A DNA stretch of 64,000 nucleotides, taken from the NCBI GenBank assembly GCA_021613535.1, contig CP075496.1, positions 5,456,001 to 5,520,000 on the forward strand. Reading direction: 5' to 3'. Below are positions 13,036 to 27,010 of this stretch, one piece after another. Below the pieces are notes generated by a model. That model ran no database searches. It was not told the origin of the DNA and worked only from the letters and a program-made list of their open reading frames with translations. Position 1 is the first letter of the stretch; each line of letters opens with the position of its first letter. A program made the position numbers and the translations under genes. Origin of the DNA: Adineta vaga (lineage: Eukaryota > Animalia > Rotifera).

Positions 13036-14369
13036 ATGACTACGACTTCAAACGGTAAAAAACCGTGTAAGAAATGTGGTACCAGAAATTGGGTATTCCT
13101 ATGTGATGGATGTCATGAGTCATTCTGTGTTAAACATGCGTCTGAACATCGTACAGAATTATCAGTCGAATTGGATAATCTCGTTTAGCAATATAATCAT
13201 TTAAAAAATCTTTATGATCATCATGAAAAGCGTCAGGAACATCCACTATGTTCTCAGATCGATGTATGGGAACATGATGCTATCATTAAAATTCGACAAG
13301 CCGCTGAGACTGCTCGTGATGAAATTCGACAATTACTTGACGAATCCAATAGTCGAATGAAGACAATATTAAGTCAGTTTCATGATCAACTTCATCGTGA
13401 ACGTGAAAATGACCATTATACTGAAATTGATATCAATCAATGGAAAGAGCAATTAGTGATGATAAGGAAACAATTAGAAACACCGTCTGATATCGAACTA
13501 ATACCAGACATGCAATTGGCACCGATTTATTTGATAAAAGTAACAGCAATAAAACCTGAAACATTGCTTCAAATACCTGTAATATCTCAAATAACGGTAT
13601 CCTGTAATGAAAGAAATGACATCGACTGCTCGTGTAATGATAACGATGTTGATATTGCAAAATCGAATATTACCAATACGGATGACAAATCCAACATTGA
13701 AGGTATAAATTTATTCATAGATTGTCGACAAAATCAACTAACAGTTTAATTTTAGACACACATGAAGTAAGTCAAATTCTAGAAGAAAAAGAAGAAGAAG
13801 AAATCACAACAACCATGGAATCTTGTCCATCCATACCATTGGTTGAACCTCGAATTCTTCTTGATCCATCTAAGAAAAATCATCTTGTGGTATTGGAATT
13901 ATCTCATACACTTCAATCACAACTAGGTAAAAATCTTTTAAAATTAACAGATCATCCTGTTAAAACATTCAATCAAGAAGATGATTATCTAAATGATTTG
14001 AAATGCATGGAACAAACGATACTTTTTATCGATTTAACAAGTCTACTATCCGATGAACGAAATCGTTTATTAGATAACCTTTCTGAATTGGACAATATTT
14101 ATTTTCTATACATTCAAGGTAAATCAGTGCATGATGATGATGAATGTGGTTATATCTTCAGACGTTATCCAAAGATCAAAGCTATGTTCGAAAATGAGCA
14201 ACGTCTCTTAGTGCAATGGACTATCGATACTGTAAATGAATATAAAGAAGCCGGTGATATGTATACAGAACTAGGAGATAAAGACAGAGGACGTCAATGT
14301 TTTGAAGAAGGTATAAAATTGTACAATCATTTATCTGAATTTCTTCATGAAAAACGACGTATTCGTTAA
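13036..14369 (+). CDS. B-box-like zinc finger, coiled coil and alpha/beta C-terminal domain protein; in-frame TAG at 13186-13188
   Basis: CKKC..CDGCHESFCVKHASEHRTELS..HPLCSQIDVWEHDAIIKIRQAAE. ORFs 12898 and 13357 share one frame across a single TAG. Intron 13703-13756 joins the 215-aa ORF. Confidence 0.7.
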
Positions 14370-14417
14370 ATAAATAAATCATAGAAATCTTTTGTTCTGT
14401 CTCTTATCTCTAGATAA

Positions 14418-14915
14418 ATTTCTACCACTCATTCTACTCTACTTGTATTACTTGATCTTCTAAATGAACATCAGAATTTAGAACAATTATTCGATCTACA
14501 ACTATTTCGTCGATATACCGATAGAAACCAATGTTTAAGCCATATCTCGTCTCATGTTCATACTACTCGTTTATTACATTTTTTCCTACCAAAATCAGAA
14601 CACGTAATCGTCGCAGCTGGAATTGTTATGCTCAACACAATTTATTACATTTATTGTGTAGACCAAGCAAGTATGAATGAAATGCGACAACGATACAATC
14701 AACCAATGTTTGTTAAAATACTTCCTATGCAATCGTTACCGACATATTTACAACAAGCAGCTATTTGTCATCTAACTGAACTTGCAGACCGATCACTACA
14801 TCAACCTGATGAACGAGATCTTGCGTTGCAAACAGCAATCGAATTAACAAAATCATTAACGAACGAACTTCACAAGCATATGCAATACACAGTTGGTACT
14901 CAACCAGAAGATTAA
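14418..14915 (+). CDS. Uncharacterised protein resembling the C-terminal domain of the upstream gene; start uncertain
   Basis: The frame is open from 14418 (first ATG at 14628): LLVLLDL..FRRYTDRNQCLSHI..LHFFLP..IYYIYC, followed by a helical tail. Confidence 0.45.
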   Translation: MSTTHSTLLVLLDLLNEHQNLEQLFDLQLFRRYTDRNQCLSHISSHVHTTRLLHFFLPKSEHVIVAAGIVMLNTIYYIYCVDQASMNEMRQRYNQPMFVKILPMQSLPTYLQQAAICHLTELADRSLHQPDERDLALQTAIELTKSLTNELHKHMQYTVGTQPED

Positions 14916-15929
14916 TCAGACATCTTCTTGTTCTCGTAGATTTCTGTTTTGTAGATATGATTATAATAAACTTTTATCAAAAAAAAAACGTTTATATTCA
15001 ATGTTAATCTTTCGTCAAAAATGGTAAGATACGGAACAGTTATAGGAAGACATTTGTTTCTACTTCTATACAGATGTTTTTATTGTTACTAATATTATAT
15101 TTTCTCGTATTTCTTTATTTGTGTGTGTCAAAAAACTTCATTCGAGGAGTTAAATAAAACACACACATTCACAGATACAGCAAGAAAAAGAAAAGAAAAT
15201 ACAAATACATTTGTTTTCTTGAGGGAGAGAGAGAGAAAGAAAGCGAGATCAGGTGAGCAAGCAAAAGAAGAAGAAGAGAAAAAAATAGAACATATGTGTA
15301 AAGACGTTCAATTAGCAAAAAAACAGAAATGAAAGAAATTGAATTTGAATTAGATCATGTTCTTTTGAAAAATACAAAATAAAATTGAAAAGAAAAAGAA
15401 ATTAAAAGAAAACAGTTTTATAGATATTTTGGTCATCGTACACAAGTTGACAGATTACAAAACAACCGATGGCTATTGCGTCCAAGATAGAAGAAAAGAC
15501 GTGTAAGTCGAGATTCAAATACTAGAATTTTCTCTTAAGGAAAGTATTGTCTTTACAGTCACTGTTAGCATAGATATATGTATATATAAGAAAAAGAAAG
15601 AAAACGATACTATGATTAACTGTACATATTAGAATATGATCTAGGAAGGAATTGAACTCACAAGGAAATGAAGAGCACCATAGAAAAATTCATTTACATA
15701 TCGTTAGATTCTATTTTTCTCTTATTCAACTTAGAAAATTGAGCATAAGGCGAATTGATTTCAAAATAAAACTGGTAAGGCAATTTTGTTTTCTCAGAAA
15801 AGAAAGAGAGAAAGAAAAAAAATATGTATACGAAGAAAAAGAACCATTTTGAATTTAGTTAGAAAAAAAAACAGTTGATAAAAACGAGAAAGAAAAATAA
15901 GCACAGATGAAAAGATTTCGAAAGACAAA

Positions 15930-18391
<2,462 letters not shown>

Positions 18392-21300
18392 TTTTTTCTT
18401 TTCGAGTAATTTGTTTATTGTTTTATTATCGCTTTCGTATGAACGATTCGTCATTTATATCCAAACACACATGGACAAGAAAAAGTAAGCGTAAAAAAAG
18501 GTTCTTTTTCTTTTTTGCTATTCAATATCTGAATACAATAAGATGCTGAAGAAAAATCTAAAATAAATAGGATCATGTTTATTAAATGACTTTCTATGAG
18601 TGTACTCGACGATTGATATTGATGTATGTGCATGAAAAACGAAAATTTATGACAAGAAGTTCGAAATTACTCATTATACATCTATGCACTTGGATATACG
18701 AAAAATGATAAAAGAAATGAAACTGATTTGAAAAAGAAGAAAGATAATAAGTTTAGAAACAAAAAAAATTGAAATCAATAATTTCTATTTTACCTTTTAC
18801 TTTAATGTTTATAACGAATGAATGCATGTGATCTATATTTTATTAGTCACTTTAACTAACCAATCAGAATGATAATAAAATAGAATATCTATTTTTAAAA
18901 TATGAACGAAAGACTAGTCTCATTTTTAAGATAAATTCAAAACTGATCTTTCAATCAGACAAATTCATTTTTGACACTCTATATAACTAGTCGAAACGTA
19001 TGTAATCATTCATTTGGTTATATCGACAATCGAACAAAAACATTTTATAAGTTTATTAATATTTTAAACGCGTTTTGCTCGTTCACTTTACTTCTCATAC
19101 CTGCAGTACGACCTCACGTGCTTAAAACATATTTACATTAACATTGTCTACAATTTTAAGCAAGTTATATCAGATTTTCTCTCTGAAAAAGACTTATTTT
19201 TAGTAACCATTTTCGATGTCATTATTTCGAGTGATTTAATGTTAAAAATACTCTTGAAGGATTAAAAATAGCAATAGCACAAAGATATTTAAGTCAGTCA
19301 AAGCCCACTTGAACTTATGCTATTTGAAGAGGAAGAAATACTTGCATAACTCAAGCATTTTAAGCAAAGAGAATAAATAACTGAAATAGCAAAAGAAAAT
19401 AGAGTAGATAATAAACTTAAAATAGAAGAAAAAAATTAGTTGGGAGCTATTTTATATTTTCATTAAAAAAGAGCAACGAGAAAGATAATAAAGTTCTTCT
19501 AACGCACTACAACTCGTTTCTATGAAAAGAAATTACACTAGATTAATCGGTACGTGTATTGTTGACGAACCTATCTACGAGAAATGTACACAAAGAATAA
19601 ATTCTGACTTACTGGAATTATTTGTTCTGTTGATCATCGATCGACTGGTGCTTCATCATTTGGTGATGATTAATGACATATCGTTAAGCATTACTAGATA
19701 TAACCACGACTCCTACATTGATTAGAGATAAAATCCCATAGTTGTTAGGAACACTTAGATTTGAAACCTTCTTTGTCTAACATCACAAGATTTTTCCAAC
19801 TTACAAATCTGATTTTCATTTTATTATGCATCACTCAGGTAGGGGAGGGAAGAGATGTGTATATTTCATCTATAATAATCTTTCGTTTTCTTCGAACTCG
19901 GAAGATAATGATATACAATGAAAACTTACGACAATATACGTATTTTCCCGGCCCGAGATATATGAGAAAATTGACTAGTTTTACATATCTAATACGTCGC
20001 AAACTGAATATGAGTGACTGAAAAGCTCTTCTCTTCTTTCTTTTTTCTTCTCTTCTCGTCGTCTCGTATGAAAGGCAGGTCGGATTCGCTTTGTATATAC
20101 ACCAATAGAATATTTTCTATTCTATGTTTGATTTTTTTTGTCTCACTTCACAAATCTCAAACATTTTATTAAATGATTACCGATGATTTTCTTTATCACT
20201 GTTAACTCCTAATTTATAGAAAATATAGAAATGAAATGCTTCTCAAAAGTGTTGCCCTCTTTTGCCATGCAAAGATGAGTATGCTATCAATAAAGTGAAT
20301 GCATCTATTTTGAAAATTAATCATTAACAACGACGAATTAAACGATATCAGGAATATGTTTACAGAATAGAATATTCATGAATTTAATTATAAATGTACT
20401 TTGAGTGTGTAAGACATATGCGATGAACTGAAGATATCTCAATCGAAATAAATGGTTGCTAAAAGCTTTTATCTTGAGGTTCAGAGAGTTCATAAGTGAT
20501 ATATAATCTTCAGAAAGAAAAATGAATCTCACCAAATCGTCTAATGAAGAAGGATGACAATAAATTCATCACTAAGATACCTATCACTTCCAAGGATCAA
20601 AAGATTTTGTAACATTTGAAATAACGTTGAATCTATTCAAGTTTTGTAAACTTATGTTGTTCTTATCAAGCAATAATTCTGAAGCCTTTTACATATATTG
20701 CATCTGTATAATTCAATCAATAGTGCTGTTCTTTTTTTTTTGTTAAAGTTTTCTTAATTTTCAAATTGAATGTTATTATAATATCAGAACATATTGACAA
20801 ATAAAGTAGTGATATAATAAGAGTTTAGACTACATTAATTTTGTAAGTTAAATGTTGGTAGTGACTGTCAGAAAACTCCTGATGAACTATGTAAAAACTG
20901 AGTTAATGTTCGAATGATCGCAGATATTGGATCTGATTTATTTACATTGGTTTTGGACGATTTAGACAAATTAACGACATCAAATTGAACTTTTTCTAAC
21001 ACAATTATTTGAACAGAAGAACGAAGTACAAGAATATAAAAAGTCAATATACTAGTCATACATACATTTTCTGACAAGATAAATGTGTAAGATGTGGATA
21101 TCTTTTCCGTGATCTATTTTTAGATTCTCAGAGATAATAGTACATAATTACTATATAACATGAAGTACATCATTCAATGCGAATAGTGACGTGAGAAGTT
21201 TTTCTTTCGATTGAGTAGAATCATTTATAAATAGATTTCTAGACATTTGATGTTTTTGTACACGGATGTACATTTACAATATACACAGGATGTGTACGAC

Positions 21301-22495
21301 AATATTTGTCTTTGTCATTTTTGATCAATTAATGTATACTGTTGACGCATTGTTTTTGAATTTCTTTTATTGTCTAAAATGTTCGATAGTGAATTGATGC
21401 AAACAAGATCAATTCACTCTTAAGATTGACATTAAAACAACATCTGTTTAATAAATGTCGTGATCAAATCCAGCGACTATGAAGACAATATAAGATTTCC
21501 TTACCTATACTTACCACTGTAGAGACGAATAGTGGACATAATTGCATCGAAACATTTAACATTTGTCTTATTCTCTTTTTTATTGATATCTGTCAGAAAT
21601 ATTTTTTATTAAAGTGCGTTCTATATATTGTATCTCCTACATTCAAATCTTTTTTGCATATGTTTAACAGCGTAGATACATTCGACTATCGGGTCATCTC
21701 AAAAAGTAATTTGATTCGTTCAAAATTGACACCAATAGAATCTCACGTATTCCATGTTTTACTCACTTCGTTCTTTCTTCTTTCTTCATGTCTTGTCTTA
21801 TTTCATAAATTTCAGTCAGTTCAAGTCCAGTTATTTATGAATTAATTGTTTCGCTTGTGTCCATCTGTTGATTCCCGTTTAGTTTGTTCCGAATATAGAA
21901 TTCAAACAGTGGACCAAAGTCTCTAGTTTGCATGACAAAATGTTTTCGAATTAGTTGTTGACTGTGAATGCAAGTGTTGAAATTCTGGCTTACAATACAC
22001 TTCAATTATGCTGACAACGTGTTCAAATGGTAACAATTGATTAAGTTATCTATAATGGTCATTGGTAAGTGAAACACATTTTTATATTTTTCTATTCTTA
22101 TTTTTATAGATATGCAACTTTGCATTTAGTAGTAGCGTATGGATTCTTCTGTCTAGATTAGCATGGTACTTGTCTTAAGATATTGGAATATTCTATGAAT
22201 CTTAATCTGATTCTAGAAATAATACTTATGCTAGAAAAAAAATCTCTTAAACATATGAAATCTACTGATAAACAACTCGAAATCGGTAGCATTCGCAAGT
22301 ATATAAATGGTTTCATTTCGACTTTTCTTGCTTATTAAAAACTAGCAGATATGTAACATTCCATCATCTATGAGAACAAATCTCGTCAATATACCAAATA
22401 CATGTTATATATATATATATATATACCTTCTTTTTTTTCATCGAATAATCTATCAATGATTTCTTTGTTTCAGATATAATAAAAAGAAAACAAGA

Positions 22496-24277
22496 ATGTC
22501 TGACGATGATGATATGGGTGGTAATGATGATTTTGATCTTGATTATGAAAATACAGATGAAGAACCCGATGCTGATTTGGAAAATCAATATTATAATTCC
22601 AAAGCTTTGAAAGAAGATGATCCACTTGCTGCAATTGAGAGTTTCAAGAAAGTACTAGCTTTAGAACAAAAAAGTGGAGAAAAAGGTGATTGGGGTTTCA
22701 AAGCACTCAAACAAATGATGAAGATTTATTTCAAAATGGAAAACTATGATGAAATGTTGATTTGTTATAAAGAATTGTAAGTGTTTGTTTTTCAGAGAAA
22801 ATAACATTGGTTCATCGGAAAGGTCATGACATTTTTCCTCATTCTATTGATTGGAAAACATTGAACAGAAAATTTTGCATTTATCTGTTCTTCATACGAG
22901 TCGTTTTACATTAGCCAAACATAATCTAACGCAATAAATAATTCATATGTCTGCTCGTGAAAATATGCAATCGACTTCAAAGTTTCTATAAATAAGAATC
23001 TATCTACGTCATTGATATGTGGTACCTGAAATAATCATCAACTGTATATTGAAAAGAGTTGATTAAATAGTTATATTATTATTTATTTGTTTGAATTATT
23101 TAGATTAACATATATTAAATCTGCTGTTACACGAAATGTTAGTGAAAAATCCATTAATTCAATTCTTGATTATATCTCTACATCGAAACAAATGGATTTA
23201 TTACAGAATTTTTATGAGACAACTTTAGGTGCATTGAAGGAAACAAAAAATGAACGTCTTTGGTTTAAAACCAATTTAAAATTAGGTAAATTATATGAAG
23301 AACAACAAGATTATGTTAAATTACAAAAAATTCTCAAAGAATTACATAAATCATGTCAAACATCCGAAGGTAAAAACAAAATTTAATTTATTTCGCTACT
23401 AATTATACATATCTATCCATACTAGGTACTGATGATCAACGTAAAGGTACACAATTACTCGAAGTCTACGCATTAGAAATTCAAATGCATACTTTACAAA
23501 AGAATACCAAAAAATTAAAACAACTTTATGAATTATCATTACATATCAAAGCTGCTATTCCACATCCACTGATTATGGGTTTGTTTTTTTGGGATTGGAT
23601 TCCTTATTGTAATATTTTATAATTCTTTCCTATTCTATTTAGGTGTAATACGAGAATGTGGTGGGAAAATGCACCTACGTGAACAAGAGTATGAAAAGGC
23701 TCATACGGATTTTTTTGAAGCATTTAAAAGTTATGATGAATCTGGCTCACCACGTCGTACAACATGTTTAAAATATCTTGTTCTAGCTAATATGTTAATG
23801 CGTTCAACAATTAATCCATTTGATTCTCAAGAAGCTAAACCATATAAAACAGATCCAGAAATTCAAGCAATGACAAATCTTGTTGGTGCTTATCAAAATA
23901 ATGATATAAAAGAATTTGAATCCATTCTACGTATCAATCGTCAAGCAATTATGGATGATCAATTTATTCGTGAACATATTGAAATACTTCTACGAACTAT
24001 ACGTACTAAAGTGTTAGTAAAACTAATCAAACCTTATACAAAAATTCGTATTGAATTTATTGCGCAAGAATTAAATATTCAAATGGATGATGTCGAAAGT
24101 CTTTTAATATCATGTATACTCGATCAAACAATAACAGGCAAAATTGATCAAGTTAATCATGTTCTTGAACTCGATCAACAACAAAATATTCAAGGTTTAC
24201 ATCGTTATACTGCTATATCAAAAGTTTCTACTCAATTACAAAGTGTTCAACACGCTATTATTCAAAGATTTAATTAA
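22496..24277 (+). CDS. COPS2: COP9 signalosome subunit 2 (4 exons)
   Basis: [87 protein letters not shown], and a PCI domain. Confidence 0.97.
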
Positions 24278-25080
24278 ATCGAAAGAAAATATTCTTTCCT
24301 TTTTTTCAAAAAAACAAATGCATATAAATTATATTTTTAACTATAAGGAATAAAAAAAAGGTTTGCTGATGAAGTTATATGTTTCTTGTTTTGATCAGAA
24401 ATTATAGTCCAAACGATCCATAGTATATCGAAGCGTTTTTGTTCTGTTCTGCTACGAATGAGACGAGATTCTCCATTAGGGAAAAACGATGTATCGAGGA
24501 AAAAAAACAACATCACTTTTGTACTAGCTAGAAGAAAAACATTCGACTATTACTTGTTATCTTTCTTCATTTCGAAGCGATTGACAGCAAATACCGAATA
24601 TTAAACATACGTAACGGCAGCAAAAATAAAAGTAAGATGTTTTCCTTATATTTCTTTTTCATATTATTTTAAATCTTAATCTCATTTCTATCCTTGATAT
24701 AACGATAGATATCATTAAAATAGATATGTGTCCTCTATGCGTGTACCTAAATCTATACAGGACAAATAGATTGAAGCAGTTCAAAATTGCATCGTCTTTC
24801 TTTTTCGATAATCATCATGTAAGAAATAGGAGGTGTGTATAAAAAAATGCACTCAAACTTCTTTTCAATGGTCTATCCTTGACCTTCCTTTCGTACATAG
24901 TTTCGACGTTAAATATATAGCTGTTAAATAATCCCTATGTATACACGCGTACATATTTTCTATAACTATATACCGTCATTGGATGTGATTTTATAAACAA
25001 TTAAGGACATGACCGCGTTCATACATGCTTTTTCTTCTTTTCAACATTTTCCGGCCGTTTTTCATCAGTGAAGTAACAAC

Positions 25081-25094
25081 TGACGTGCACGTCA
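25081..25094. promoter_or_regulatory. Perfect 14-bp palindrome TGACGTGCACGTCA (inverted ACGTG HRE cores / CRE half-sites)
   Basis: Read directly from the sequence; about 200 bp upstream of the candidate exon at 25295. Confidence 0.5.
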
Positions 25095-25294
25095 TAGCAG
25101 TAGAGTTAGATACATTCGTGGACGATGAAGTTAAGAGAACAGAGAAAAAAGTAGGCAGAGAGAGAGAGAGAAAAAGAGAAAAAAGAAAAATCACTATCGT
25201 CGTCGCCACTTGCGGTCTCATTCTACCATTATTCATCACACTATACTGCTGAACTATTTGTACTGACCATCTCTTCTCAAATCTTATTTTCACC

Positions 25295-25384
25295 ATGAAC
25301 GGACATTTTGCAAAAGAACATACAACATTAGTTAGCCGTCAAACGACTCATTCTCATCCTCATGATTGGCATCGAGCTATTAAG
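25295..25384 (+). other. Candidate upstream coding exon (MNGHFAKEHTTLVSRQTTHSHPHDWHRAIK), probably an alternative first exon of pyruvate kinase
   Basis: caccATG start context, 30 open codons, and a phase-0 donor AAG|gttaga matching the phase-0 acceptor ttag|ATG at 27011. Confidence 0.5.
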
Positions 25385-25580
25385 GTTAGATAATTTGAAT
25401 TTAACTTTTTTCTTATAGAAATGCGAATTTTAAAGAAAGAAAGAAATTGTTGTCGTTTTTTTCCTAATGTACATATTTACAAATTATTCCATACTCTAGA
25501 TTTGAATTCTCTCATCCTTGTCTTCTTCTCTCTGTTACTTTTCCATCTCTTTGTAATACACTGTGATTTTTCTGTAAATA

Positions 25581-26682
25581 ATGAGTTTAAAACGACCAAA
25601 TGAAAATGGCAGTTTGGTACCAATTGGTCCCCAACCACCACTTAAACAAGCTCGAATAAACGAAAATAATCAACTCGTTGCAACACGTACACGTACATCA
25701 AAATTAGCCGCACCAATTATGTTATTACAAGGTCATGAAGGAGAAATCTTTTCCTGTAAATTTCATGCCGATGGTGAAATAATGGCATCAGCTGGATTTG
25801 ATCGAAAGATATTTTTATGGAATGTTTATGATCAATGTTATAATTGGTATGTTTTAACCGGTCATGGTGGATCTATTATGGAAATTCAATGGAGTCCTGA
25901 TGGAAGTGAACTTGCTTCATGTTCGACAGGTTTGTAAAAAAAAACGAAAAGATTTGTCTATTCTATTTTGTTTCCCTTGAATTTATTTAGATAAATTAGC
26001 ATATATATGGGATATTACAACATGTCAACGTGTAAAAAAATTAAAAGGTCATCAATCATTTATTAATTCGATTGGTTATTCACGTATTGGAAAAGATATG
26101 ATGTGTACCGGATCTGATGATGGTACTGTTAAAATTTGGGATCGACGAAAACGTGGTGAAGTTATGACATTTCAATCAACATATCAAGTTCTAACATGTT
26201 GTTTTAATGCATCATCTGATGCAGTCTTCTCCGGTGGAATCGACAATACAATTAAAATGTGGGATATACGTAAACAAGATGTATCATTACGTCTTGAAGG
26301 TCATCTTGATAGTCCTACAGGTCTTGAATTAAGCCATGATGGATCGTATTTAGCATCGAATTCAATGGATTCAACAATACGTATATGGGACATTCGTCCA
26401 TATTTTAATGGAGTTGATCGATGTATAAAATTATTACAAGGTCATCAGCATAATTTTGAGAAGAATCTTTTACGTGTTGCTTGGTCACCTGATGGCAAAC
26501 GTATTTCATGTGGAAGTGCTGATAAACATGTTTATATATGGGATATAACAACACGACAAATACTTTATCGTTTACCAGGTCATCTTGGTAGTGTCAACGA
26601 AGTTGACTTTCATCCAACTGAACCTATTGTGGCATCATGTTCCTCAGATAAAACTGTTTTTCTTGGGGAAATCGAACCCTAG
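25581..26682 (+). CDS. SNRNP40: U5 snRNP 40 kDa WD40 protein (2 exons)
   Basis: RTSKLAAPIMLLQGHEGEIFSCKFH, TGSDDGTVKIWD, GHQHNFEKNLLRVAWSPDG, LYRLPGHLGSVNEVDFHPTEPI..LGEI. Confidence 0.96.
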
Positions 26683-27010
26683 AAACATTTTTCTCTTAAA
26701 TGATTTCAAAACTATGTACATGCTTTTAAGCTGTACAGAAAATTTGTTTTTGTTTCTCTCTCTCTCTCTTTTTCTTTTTCTTTTTCTTTTGTGTGTATGT
26801 TGAGGATGATGTTGTTGTTATTGTTGTTGTTGTTACTGTCCTTTCTATATGTGTGCTTCTATAAAACCTCGAATGTGAAACAAATGTACGCATTTGTATA
26901 AGAGAAAATAATTCAGTTTTGTTGAGAGAAGAATTGGATTAAGGCAAAGATTACTATTCATGTCATTCATAAAGAAATGTTTCCTACAAAATAAGAATAT
27001 TGTCATTTAG

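Noticed and set aside
18600-22400. Short ORFs and possible transposon or pseudogene debris in the long intergenic region
   Set aside because: I found no recognisable domain, paired inverted repeat or consistent exon chain.
22860-22892. Hairpin in the long COPS2 intron as a possible H/ACA RNA or microRNA
   Set aside because: It is a single short AT-rich stem without convincing H and ACA boxes or a second hairpin.
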